From Bdellovibrionales bacterium (GTDB lineage Bacteria; Bdellovibrionota; Bdellovibrionia; Bdellovibrionales; UBA1609), in NCBI GenBank assembly GCA_027317865.1, contig DAHVQG010000001.1:32001-96000 (forward strand): DNA of 64,000 nucleotides, in the 5' to 3' direction. How positions within the stretch are numbered: position 1 is the stretch's first letter; each line of letters begins with the position of its first letter. Positions 39,310-48,300 of the stretch are shown here, in pieces. The notes beneath the pieces are model-generated. The model saw only the letters and a list, made by a program, of their open reading frames with translations, ran no database searches and was not told where the DNA came from. The translations under genes and the position numbers were made by a program.

Positions 39310-41667
39310 CTACTTTATCCGAATAAGTGTTGTGTTTTGGGCGGTTTCAAACGGGTAAGCGGTCGGAACTTGTTTTCTAAGTTGCGCAGCCGTGTAAGTG
39401 AACTTTTCGACTCCTTTGGGCCACGCAAAATCGTCTTTCGGAAAGCGCTTGCAGTAGTCGCGCATGAAACTGAGCCACAATGGCAAGGCTCCGCTTGCTC
39501 CGGTAAGCATTGAAGGAGTGTTATCGTCGTAGCCTGTCCACGTAACAGTGAGCACGTGTGGAGTAAACCCAACGAACCACGCGTCGCGCGTGTCGCTTGT
39601 TGTTCCGGTTTTACCGGCCGCTGGCCAATCGAAACCTTCGAGGGTCGCGCGCCTGGCCGTTCCGGTCAACAAAGTTTGTTTCATCATGCCGATTAAAACA
39701 GCCACTGTTTGCGGCGAAAACGCACGCACGTCTTTGGGGTGAGCCACATAAATTTCTTGCCCGTCCGGGTCCGTCACGCGCAGGACATACTGCAGCGGCC
39801 GCATGAGTCCGAAGCGGGCAACGGTAAGCGCGCCAGTTGCGACTTCCCACGGGTAAAGCTCAAATGCTCCAAGAGTGAGAGACGGTAGGGGTTCTATATT
39901 TGACTGCGTAATGCCGGCGCGACGGGCGACGTCGACAATGTTGGTTAACCCAACCTGTATGCCCATCCTTGCCGTTGCATCGTTGAGGGAATCTTTGAGC
40001 GCATAAAAAAGCGGCACCTCGCCATGATAAGTTCGCGTATAGTCGCGTGGCGACCACTCTTGACCTTGATAATGGTAAACAAACGGTTCGTCTTTTATAA
40101 GTGAAGTTGCTGTATAAGGTTTGCCGTTGGGTTGATTGCCTTCGAGCGCGGCTAAATAGTCAAATATCTTCATGACGGAGCCGACTTGCCTATGGGCATC
40201 GAGCACGCGGTTATATTGCGTATTTTCAAAATGGCGGCCACCGACCAGCGCTAAAACATCGCCGGTGTCGACATCGACTGAAATTAACGAAGCTTCTAAT
40301 TTTTCGCCTTTGGCCTTGAGTTTTGTAATGTACGGGTCATCCTGCTCAAGTTTGCGCACGTGCTCGAGCACCTTTTTTTCGGCGCTTTCTTGGGCGCCCA
40401 CGTCGAGTGAAGTGTAAACGTTAAGTCCGTTTTCAGTGCTGATATTCAGTCGTTTTAGCTCGCGAAAAATCGCCTGCGTATAGTAGGGTGCCGGGTCATG
40501 AAGCGATTCTTCGGACTGCGTTGGGAGCGGGGTCGAGTTCGCCCAATCCGCATCTTGCTGCGAAATCATTTTGTCAGATACCATAGCCTTGAGAACAAGC
40601 GACCGCCGCTCGCGCGCATGATTAGGGTGCGTGAACGGATCAAAGTAACCTGGGTTATTAATGATTGCCGCAAGCAGGGCACATTTTGGCAAATCGATCG
40701 AGTTCAATTTTTCGTTGAAATAGTGGCGGCTGGCCGCGCCGAATCCGATCACTTGAAACGGTCCGCTTTGGCCCATGTAAATGACGTTGAGATAATTTTC
40801 GAGGATTTGATCTTTGCGTAAACTCGCGTCGAGTAGCATCGCCATAACGACTTCAGTGATTTTACGGCGCAGGGTTTTTTGCGGAGTTAAAAAATAATTT
40901 TTCACAAGTTGTTGGGTAATGGTGCTGCCGCCTTCCGCATAGCGACCTTTTAAAACGTCGTTTACCAATGCACGAAGAATGCCCTTAAAGCTGATCCCCG
41001 GGTTTTCAAGAAAAGTACGGTCTTCTATCGCTGTGACGGCCTCCGAGCAATCGAGCGGGACATCGCCCATATCTATGATTTGCCGCAAAATAGGTTTGCC
41101 GTTGTAGAACTGCGCAAAAAGTTCCGGTTCCAGTTGAACCGATTTGACTTCCGTAAATGGTTCACCGCCGAAAATGTGTGAGATTGTCCAACTCCCGTCG
41201 CCTTGCTGGCCCTGAATCGGCGCAGACGGCGCTTCTCCGTGAGAAAACGCAATCAAAACGGGCGTGCCGGCTTCTGACGGTTTAATTGTGTCGTCGCCTT
41301 CGCGAAATTCCACGCATGCATCCAGACCGCTCATAAAATCGTCGTTTAAAATTTTGGCGCATTGATCGTGGTTGAGCATGATGAAATCTTTCGGGTAAAG
41401 CGACTCCGAACCAAACCGTTCACGGTAGTGCCGTTGCAGAAGGGATTTTCGAACCGTGCTTGCTGAAATGATTTCGTGAGTAAATAAAACTTCGCCGCGC
41501 GCGTAGAGGTTGACCGGCGGGCGAAACCAACCGTGGGCGATTCGTTTTTTCATTTCGATGTCGAGGCGCCACGCCCAAATCGCGACGGCAACAGCGCCAA
41601 GAAAAGTAAAAACAAATATTCGGCCGAGCCACTTTCGCCATTTATGCGACTTCATCTTGCTTGACAT
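39310..41667 (-). CDS. mrcB: bifunctional class A penicillin-binding protein (PBP1B-like)
   Basis: TM anchor, UB2H-like region, AIEDRTF, GGSTITQQLVKN, RKITE, YLNVIYMG; SVMK (SxxK), SLN, KTGT. Confidence 0.88.
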   Translation of the reverse strand: MSSKMKSHKWRKWLGRIFVFTFLGAVAVAIWAWRLDIEMKKRIAHGWFRPPVNLYARGEVLFTHEIISASTVRKSLLQRHYRERFGSESLYPKDFIMLNHDQCAKILNDDFMSGLDACVEFREGDDTIKPSEAGTPVLIAFSHGEAPSAPIQGQQGDGSWTISHIFGGEPFTEVKSVQLEPELFAQFYNGKPILRQIIDMGDVPLDCSEAVTAIEDRTFLENPGISFKGILRALVNDVLKGRYAEGGSTITQQLVKNYFLTPQKTLRRKITEVVMAMLLDASLRKDQILENYLNVIYMGQSGPFQVIGFGAASRHYFNEKLNSIDLPKCALLAAIINNPGYFDPFTHPNHARERRSLVLKAMVSDKMISQQDADWANSTPLPTQSEESLHDPAPYYTQAIFRELKRLNISTENGLNVYTSLDVGAQESAEKKVLEHVRKLEQDDPYITKLKAKGEKLEASLISVDVDTGDVLALVGGRHFENTQYNRVLDAHRQVGSVMKIFDYLAALEGNQPNGKPYTATSLIKDEPFVYHYQGQEWSPRDYTRTYHGEVPLFYALKDSLNDATARMGIQVGLTNIVDVARRAGITQSNIEPLPSLTLGAFELYPWEVATGALTVARFGLMRPLQYVLRVTDPDGQEIYVAHPKDVRAFSPQTVAVLIGMMKQTLLTGTARRATLEGFDWPAAGKTGTTSDTRDAWFVGFTPHVLTVTWTGYDDNTPSMLTGASGALPLWLSFMRDYCKRFPKDDFAWPKGVEKFTYTAAQLRKQVPTAYPFETAQNTTLIRIK

Positions 41668-41695
41668 TATGGGGCATCGGGAATTTAGTCAAAGA

Positions 41696-41974
41696 ATGAA
41701 GGTCAGCGAAAAATTCATCGAGCGCCTCGTACATCAAGTGTTTAAAGACCTTAAAGCGCAGGACATTATTACGTTTAAAGATAAGGAAGACCGCGTGTTT
41801 CGTCGCGCGTGCGACATTCTTGTTCAAGAGTATCAACGCGAATCCGATCTTGACCATGAGGTCAACCGCATGATGGATGATCTCGAACGTCAAAACCCGG
41901 GCCAATTTCAACGCTACAAAATGTTCCCGCTCCTGAAGAAAAAGTTAGCTAAAGAAAAGGGAATTGTTCTGTGA
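41696..41974 (+). CDS. DUF507-like small protein
   Basis: MKVSEKFIERLVHQVFKDL..ESDLDHEV..MFPLLKKKLAKEKGIVL; ATG 41696 avoids overlap with mrcB. Confidence 0.75.
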   Translation: MKVSEKFIERLVHQVFKDLKAQDIITFKDKEDRVFRRACDILVQEYQRESDLDHEVNRMMDDLERQNPGQFQRYKMFPLLKKKLAKEKGIVL

Positions 41975-42243
41975 CTTTGTCCGAAGAACGGCAAACTCAT
42001 TTTGCACACCTCATCATCGACGGCATCTGGAATGACGATTTAGTTGATTACAGCGATGATGATGTGGCAATTAAAGTGGCCAAGCGCGCGATCGCAAAAT
42101 TTGTCGCTGAAATGGAAGAAATTGACAAAAAAGCGAAAGCCATGGTGGCCTCACTTAAGCGTGGAGTTCCCGAGGGTTCACCGGAATGGGACGTTCTCTA
42201 CGCAAAATATTTAGAGGAAGAACTTCGCCGTCGCGGCAACTAA
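41971..42243 (+). CDS. DUF507-like small protein (second copy)
   Basis: LSEERQTHFAHLI..IDKKAK..SLKRGVPEGSPEWDVLYAKYLEEELRRRG; GTGA overlap. Confidence 0.8.
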   Translation: MTLSEERQTHFAHLIIDGIWNDDLVDYSDDDVAIKVAKRAIAKFVAEMEEIDKKAKAMVASLKRGVPEGSPEWDVLYAKYLEEELRRRGN

Positions 42244-42255
42244 TTGAGGATTGTT

Positions 42256-43764
42256 ATGAGTGTGAAACTGAAATCTTTGGTGCGGTTTTTTGCGGTAGTT
42301 TTCGTAATCGTCGGCGCGAGCGCAATTTCCAAGGCCGCGTACGCGGGTATTGAATGGCACGGACTTTATCGCGTTGAAGGGTACGCCATCAACGACCCGG
42401 AACTCGATACCTCGGTAGCAAGGGGTAAAGATTACGGCGTGCAAACGCTTATTTTGCGGCCCGAGTTTGTCGCAGCTGACGGGGTCTATATTTTTTCGCA
42501 GTTTAACGTGATGAACAGCAATGCGGGCGGTAACAATTTGGGCGCTGTTTTTGGCGACGGAGTAGGGGCCAACGGTAGTCAGCCGGGTACAGGTACTTCA
42601 AATAGTTCCGCAATATCAACCTATGAAAAATCAGAAGATTTTGTTGTAACCGAATTTTATTTGGAATTGAAGCAGGAGTTCGGCGAACTGTTTGCCGGCC
42701 GCATGCCGATTAATTTCGGTCTTGGCATGAGTTACAGCGATGGGGACGGATTATTCGATCACTATGTTGATACCCGAGACATGGTGGCGTATAAAATTCA
42801 CATCGGCAATTTTTATGTCATGCCGATGTTTGGCAAAGTGGCTGACACCGATTTCTCCGGCGCCGACGGCGTCAATGAATGGGACTTAGAGGCGCAGTAC
42901 AACAACCCGGATTCGAATTCGCAAATCGGCATTTTTTATCAAAACCGCATGGCTTCGCCAGCGGGCAATGATACCCCACAGTACGCCGTGAGTACGACGG
43001 CTCAACCCAACACCGTGCAAGCTGACCGGTTGGATATTAAGAACATCAGCGTATTTTTTAAGAAGACTGAAAAAAACTACAACGTCGGATTTGAAGCCTG
43101 CCAGCAAAGTGGAAATTTCGGCGTTGACAACTCCGCCGGTGCAAATGTGAAACTTGGCGGATTCGGCGCGGTTTTACAATACAACTATGCGCCGACGACA
43201 AGTCTGTGGGGTTTTGGTTTAAAATCGGGTTATGCGACCGGTAACGATCCTAAAACCGACAATGAATATGACGGCTTTTTCTTCAACCGCAATTATCACG
43301 TCGCGATGTTACTGTTTAGTCAACCGCTGGGCCGGGCAGACCTATTGCACACGGCTTTGTACGGCCGCCAAGATGCTTTGGGTAACCAAGGTAGTGGGCC
43401 CTCCAACACACCGTCGACTGAAGATTCGGCTGATACCGAAGCCCTTTCGAACGCCTATTTTGTTTCTCCAAGTGTTTCAAGAAAATTTGGCGAACGGTGG
43501 AAGGGCATCGCGACTCTTACGGGCGCATGGCTGAACAATACAACCGTGGTTGACGGGACCCCCGGGACGAGTTTGAATTATTATACAGTGAATAGTGATT
43601 TAGGCTACGAAGTTGACCTAACAGCAGATTATCAAATTAGTAAAAATATCATGTGGCAGAATGAAGTGGGGGTCATGTTACCGGGCAAAGCCTGGACCGT
43701 GGATGGACAGTTTAAAAACAGTATGACTTATGGTTTGTTATCGAGAGCAGCCGTCAGCTTCTAA
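42256..43764 (+). CDS. outer-membrane beta-barrel protein
   Basis: Signal peptide AYA-G, amphipathic strands, GRMPINFGLG, C-terminal Phe (AAVSF). Confidence 0.7.
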   Translation: MSVKLKSLVRFFAVVFVIVGASAISKAAYAGIEWHGLYRVEGYAINDPELDTSVARGKDYGVQTLILRPEFVAADGVYIFSQFNVMNSNAGGNNLGAVFGDGVGANGSQPGTGTSNSSAISTYEKSEDFVVTEFYLELKQEFGELFAGRMPINFGLGMSYSDGDGLFDHYVDTRDMVAYKIHIGNFYVMPMFGKVADTDFSGADGVNEWDLEAQYNNPDSNSQIGIFYQNRMASPAGNDTPQYAVSTTAQPNTVQADRLDIKNISVFFKKTEKNYNVGFEACQQSGNFGVDNSAGANVKLGGFGAVLQYNYAPTTSLWGFGLKSGYATGNDPKTDNEYDGFFFNRNYHVAMLLFSQPLGRADLLHTALYGRQDALGNQGSGPSNTPSTEDSADTEALSNAYFVSPSVSRKFGERWKGIATLTGAWLNNTTVVDGTPGTSLNYYTVNSDLGYEVDLTADYQISKNIMWQNEVGVMLPGKAWTVDGQFKNSMTYGLLSRAAVSF

Positions 43765-43883
43765 GTATCAACTTATGCGCGCAACATTGTTTTTACATCT
43801 GAGCAGTGGCGACTAAAGACTGACAACTGGCAATGGCGGCTGCGAGCCCGAGGACGCTCCCGAACAGGGAAGTCGTGAGGGCA

Positions 43884-43915
43884 CCCAGGGGGGATTTTTC
43901 TCCCCTGGGCTTTTT
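43884..43915 (+). terminator. intrinsic terminator
   Basis: CCCAGGGGGG-ATTTTT-CTCCCCTGGG followed by CTTTTT. Confidence 0.75.
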
Positions 43916-43947
43916 AAAAATAAAACATCAACATGCGGAGGATTTCA

Positions 43948-44427
43948 ATGCGTAAGATTGTGACATTTATGGTTTGCACGTTAGCGTTAACCTTTTCTAG
44001 CTTGGCATGGGCAAGGCTTCTTCATCCTTTGGGAGTTGGGGTCGTCATCGGTACAACTACAGGGTTCACTGCCAAATACATTCAAGATCGCAAGATCGCC
44101 TATGACGGCACTCTCGGTTGGGGTGACGGCGATAATTTTCGCCTAAGCGGCGATATGCTTTGGCAAAAGCCGCGACTCTTTGTTGCGAATGAGCAGCCGT
44201 TTGACGGTTACTTAGGGGTTGGAGCCCGACTTCGTGATCGCGGGCAAAATAGCAGCAACAGTAACAACAACGGTGCGGAATTTGGCCCGGAAGGCATCGG
44301 CGGAATTAGCTATATGTTTCACAAACCGCGGGTCGAAGTATTTGGTCAACTCGGGCTCGTGATGGATATTATTCCCTCCACAGACGCGGATGTCGAAGTT
44401 GGCATTGGCGGCCGTTATTACTTCTAG
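43948..44427 (+). CDS. small outer-membrane beta-barrel protein
   Basis: GGAGG RBS, signal peptide AWA-R, GVGVVIG..TGFTAK, C-terminal GIGGRYYF. Confidence 0.75.
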   Translation: MRKIVTFMVCTLALTFSSLAWARLLHPLGVGVVIGTTTGFTAKYIQDRKIAYDGTLGWGDGDNFRLSGDMLWQKPRLFVANEQPFDGYLGVGARLRDRGQNSSNSNNNGAEFGPEGIGGISYMFHKPRVEVFGQLGLVMDIIPSTDADVEVGIGGRYYF

Positions 44428-44457
44428 CCACTCGACATCTTCATTGTAACGGCAGCG

Positions 44458-44496
44458 AAAATAAAAAACCGTGGCTGCATTTTAATACAGCCACGG
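44458..44496 (-). terminator. intrinsic terminator of the 601-aa gene
   Basis: CCGTGGCTG-N10-CAGCCACGG with an A-run on the + strand (U-tract on minus). Confidence 0.75.
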
Positions 44497-44569
44497 CCGA
44501 AGGAGGGGGTTCAGCCGACCCTACTACCGCAAGGTCGCCTGTTTGTTGTTGGGTAAGTATCAAATTAAA

Positions 44570-46375
44570 TTAGCTGCCAATTCCACTGCGGCAATAACCT
44601 GGGCCTATACCGTGCGTGCACTGCCATGGATCATTCACTGCAAATGGTGTTGGTATTTCGGGGTTCGCAAATTGCGGACGAAATTGTGCTCGAATCGAAT
44701 TCGGCGCGCTGTTAAACGTTGACGATGGAGCAAATGTTGATCCTCCAAAGGTGGTGTTCATAGGCCCAGCGAAATTATTCGGCACAAATGGCCGGTTAAT
44801 TTGCGCGAACTGATTAACTGGTGGCGCGAACTGATTCGGCATCATTGGCGCGTTCGGCATCACCGGACGATTTGCTGCGAACTGGTTCGGAGCGAATTGA
44901 TTGGGCGCAAACTGGCCGTTGAACGGCATGCGGCCGTTCATATTCATGTTCATATTGTTCATGTTGTTGTAACCACCGTTAAATTGCGACAAAAGAGCGC
45001 GAGCGCTGGTTCGACCGCTGGCGCCACGATTCATGCTGATTCCATTCATGTTATTGACGCCAGGTATGCCTTGGTTTGCTGGCGCCGGGTTTTGACTGGT
45101 TTGTTCTTCTTCTTGCGCAAGTTTTAAAATTACTGGCGAAAGGCGATTGTATTCGTTGGCCACCGACGATGAGCAGGCGAAATCCGTGTTCGCTAAGTTT
45201 GCACAAGTGCGGCTACCGCCGTTTTTCCATTTTTCCACGATTGCAATGATGGGATCGTGAAAATTCGCTTGGATTCTATTAAATGCCGCTTGAGCTTGAT
45301 ATTGACCCATTGGCCCCATCGCCATGTAGTTCGGCAAATTCGCTTGGTATTGTTTGAGGTTTGCGACGTATTGTGGGCCAAGCGTTTTTATTTTATTCGC
45401 GTCGCGAGCAAAATCTTTGAGAACACTAAGATAATTTTCAAGTTGACTGCCATTAACGGCATCAGCCAACGCATTTAGGCTGTGTCGAGCCTTGCTGCGT
45501 GTACTCGAATCGTTACTAATGAGGTCCCGGCCGATATATTGTTTAAGGACTTTTTGGAGGGCCGTCAGCCGCTCTTTTCGAGGTAATGCTGAAATTCTTC
45601 GGCCAAAGCACGCCATGCGATCGGACCCATGTAACTTGTTACCGTACGCATCGACTTGGCATGAGACGCGTTCTTTCACTGCTGTTCTGATATCTGCACT
45701 TTCGTTTTTGAGAGATTTAAGTTCGATTGCGAGGGATTGAGTGCTGTCGCATCCAAAATCACTGCATCCTGAGTAGGTCACATTAACCTTATAATCTGTT
45801 TTCGCTAATGTCATTGGCGTACAGTTTGTGCCGTTGCTATCGCACTCTTCGCCAGCTTCGGTTCTTGTTACAGCTTGCGGTTTACCCCACTTATAGTAGG
45901 TGCTTGAAATGCCATTGCTATATACGTGTGGTTTGCGTTCACCGCTGTTAAATGGAATAAAAATTTTGCCGGCATTTTTGCTGCTTGCGGCTTGGTTCGC
46001 AGCATTACCGTTACTACTGCCCGGTGCTCTAATGTGCGGGGCAGTCCTTGAATTTTTATTCGTGGTTTTTGCCATTTTTTTCTTGTGCGGTGGAACTTGT
46101 TTGCCGGGGCACAGACCATGGCACATGTGTTGAGTATTTTTGACTGCACCTATCATATGGGTGATCTGTTGGGGCGACGGTGAACAAGTCAGGTATGCAT
46201 TCACACGTTGTGCACCCCGTTTACCGGCTGGCCTCATTTTCATGAGATGTATTGCGTGCGCGACCTGAACATTGGTACACGGATTAAGTGCCCACGCCGC
46301 TTGGCCCACAATCATGAGGGCAACGATCAAAATTCCATAAATTATGGAGTGATCGTTTAAGTTAAACTTTTTCAT
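44570..46375 (-). CDS. hypothetical secreted protein with Cys pairs and Asn/Pro/Met/Phe-rich repetitive C-terminus
   Basis: AAGGAGG RBS, signal peptide AWA-L, NQFAP repeats, own terminator. Confidence 0.8.
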   Translation of the reverse strand: MKKFNLNDHSIIYGILIVALMIVGQAAWALNPCTNVQVAHAIHLMKMRPAGKRGAQRVNAYLTCSPSPQQITHMIGAVKNTQHMCHGLCPGKQVPPHKKKMAKTTNKNSRTAPHIRAPGSSNGNAANQAASSKNAGKIFIPFNSGERKPHVYSNGISSTYYKWGKPQAVTRTEAGEECDSNGTNCTPMTLAKTDYKVNVTYSGCSDFGCDSTQSLAIELKSLKNESADIRTAVKERVSCQVDAYGNKLHGSDRMACFGRRISALPRKERLTALQKVLKQYIGRDLISNDSSTRSKARHSLNALADAVNGSQLENYLSVLKDFARDANKIKTLGPQYVANLKQYQANLPNYMAMGPMGQYQAQAAFNRIQANFHDPIIAIVEKWKNGGSRTCANLANTDFACSSSVANEYNRLSPVILKLAQEEEQTSQNPAPANQGIPGVNNMNGISMNRGASGRTSARALLSQFNGGYNNMNNMNMNMNGRMPFNGQFAPNQFAPNQFAANRPVMPNAPMMPNQFAPPVNQFAQINRPFVPNNFAGPMNTTFGGSTFAPSSTFNSAPNSIRAQFRPQFANPEIPTPFAVNDPWQCTHGIGPGYCRSGIGS

Positions 46376-46713
46376 CTTGTCCTCCTTCTGGACATGCTTC
46401 CCTAACCTTCAATAAAACAAAAATCGCTCCGAAATCGGCATGTCGATGCCAGGCAGATAACTGATCGAATTTACTGCGAGAAATTAAATGCTGTAGCATT
46501 GTCAAAAAGATGAACACGTGCCGAACTTTTAAGTGCCGGGGCGTTTTTGAAAGTCGGCTTTCAAGGAATTCAAATAGTTACACGCTGTCGTCATGTGAGA
46601 TCAGAAAGTGCCGAAACATGGCGCCGCAACTAGTCTGGTTGCCGAAAATTGACACTGATTTTTGTAAATGAGACATCTAAAGCCGCAAAATGCGATTACG
46701 TGACTCCTCAATT

Positions 46714-46729
46714 CGGCATCCGAATTGCT
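46714..46729 (+). promoter_or_regulatory. sigma54 promoter of the 501-aa lipoprotein gene
   Basis: CGGCATCCGAATTGCT, GG-N10-GC, about 50 nt upstream of ATG. Confidence 0.6.
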
Positions 46730-46780
46730 GTTTTTTGACCCGTAGCTTAGTGCCATAGCTTTATTTAAAGGAGCCGATCC

Positions 46781-48286
46781 ATGTTTTTACGCAAAAACCA
46801 TTCGTCAACTGTGTTGTCTAATCTGACTTTTTTTGGGGCTGCCCTAATGGCTCTTGCGGTGTTACCTGGCTGCGGTGGTGGTCATTCTGCGAACGAAGTA
46901 CAGCTTTGGAAGACCCGTTTGCAAAAAGTTTGTTCATCGACAAATGCGCTCAATATAAATAAGGACATGCAAGATACTCTTCAAAAGCTGAGTAATATTG
47001 GGCCCTCCTGGGTTGTGCGCACGGTTTTGGTATCGGATAGCGCCGAAAGTCTCACCGCTAAAAATTTAACACCGCCCGATATCACGATTTACAGCCAACT
47101 CCCGGTACAAAATACGGCCACGCAGTTGAATCAAGCAAATGCAATGCAAGTCAATTCTCCCGACCTTATGCACGTCACGTTGAACTGCAACACGCTTATG
47201 GCGACTTATTTTGGCCCTGGCGTGAATTCGCAAAGCGGAGTGACCGGTTTAATTAAAGAACCAACTAATAAGTGGACCGACAACGTTGGGGACCTCACCA
47301 AAACCGACCTCTATATCAGTGATGCAACGGATGAAATCGTCAATCCAACTACAAATAAGCCAACGCCGGTTAAAGTTGATATCCACATTCAAAAAGTTGT
47401 TCCCGATTATACTGACCCGACACAGGGCGAGCGTCAATGGGCCGAAGAAAAACAAAACGCCAACACTTACGGAATTCGCACTTATACAATTACAATCACA
47501 CAAAAACTCCCGTGGACTCAACCGCGCAAGCTTGTCATTATGCAAACGGTAGAACCGAATCCGAACGCCACAGTGAAAGTTTCTGCTGATGTTTTGGCAA
47601 TGTATCTCGGTACTCTTCCGCCGACTTATGTCGCTCAAATGCTTAAGTCGACCAATCGCGAAATACGTAGACTCGGTAAGGCGGCAAGTGGTGGTGAAAA
47701 AGGACTCATCGCTTTTGTCCGCTCGGCGGGGAATAAGAAATTGTCGGTCGACATTAATATTTTAGAAGAAGCGCGAGCTGCGTTTGCGGCAGCGCATGCC
47801 TCCTTGCAAAAACAAAGAAGTACAAGCCGTGGCGCCAAAGCAAAACATCAGCCGCCCGCGACGTTGCAACCGGTTACAGTTGTGGCTCCGAATCAATCCG
47901 TTCTAAACAAGATCAAGTCTCAATCACAGGCGTTTATTCAATCGCTCAAACCGAAAACACTTAGTGCAAATGTGCAGATGATATCTGTGAAGAAGTTTTC
48001 GCCGAAAGAGCTTTTGCAGATTGATCATAGCGTTCTGACTGCAAATCTCAGCAGCCCGGCTAATGAGCAAGCTAAAGCTCCGGCGGCCGCAAAGGCGATT
48101 TCAACTGCAAACAATGCAATTTTGACTCAATCGCTTGCTGACGTGGCAAAAAAAGCGCAAACGCGCGAATCGAAGTTCGCGTCTAAAATTGCTAAGCAAC
48201 TCAGCTCGCAAATTCAATCGGCGAATTCGGCACAACCGGTAACTGTTTTGAATAAAGTAGTGATTACCGGAAACGAAGCTTATTAA
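46781..48286 (+). CDS. hypothetical lipoprotein
   Basis: AAGGAG RBS, lipobox LPGC, Gln/Ala/Lys-rich C-terminal third. Confidence 0.75.
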   Translation: MFLRKNHSSTVLSNLTFFGAALMALAVLPGCGGGHSANEVQLWKTRLQKVCSSTNALNINKDMQDTLQKLSNIGPSWVVRTVLVSDSAESLTAKNLTPPDITIYSQLPVQNTATQLNQANAMQVNSPDLMHVTLNCNTLMATYFGPGVNSQSGVTGLIKEPTNKWTDNVGDLTKTDLYISDATDEIVNPTTNKPTPVKVDIHIQKVVPDYTDPTQGERQWAEEKQNANTYGIRTYTITITQKLPWTQPRKLVIMQTVEPNPNATVKVSADVLAMYLGTLPPTYVAQMLKSTNREIRRLGKAASGGEKGLIAFVRSAGNKKLSVDINILEEARAAFAAAHASLQKQRSTSRGAKAKHQPPATLQPVTVVAPNQSVLNKIKSQSQAFIQSLKPKTLSANVQMISVKKFSPKELLQIDHSVLTANLSSPANEQAKAPAAAKAISTANNAILTQSLADVAKKAQTRESKFASKIAKQLSSQIQSANSAQPVTVLNKVVITGNEAY

Positions 48287-48300
48287 TCGACCACGCCAAG

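Noticed and set aside
41510-41695. N-terminal extension of the first DUF507 ORF (likewise suhB 51662-51892 and fliL 52864-52926)
   Set aside because: The DUF507 and suhB extensions overlap opposite-strand genes, and the fliL extension starts at the predicted transcription start with no RBS; better starts lie downstream
43810-43912. ZTP riboswitch or 6S RNA call for the structured intergenic element
   Set aside because: Fragments (GACTGAC, CCTGGGC, GAGGGCACCCA) recall these families but the required pseudoknot or long rod pairing is not evident
46410-46455. sigma54-like motifs and GGCAT-N4-ATGCC palindrome upstream of the 601-aa gene
   Set aside because: GG-GC spacing is 9 in one candidate and the -12 GC is missing in the other
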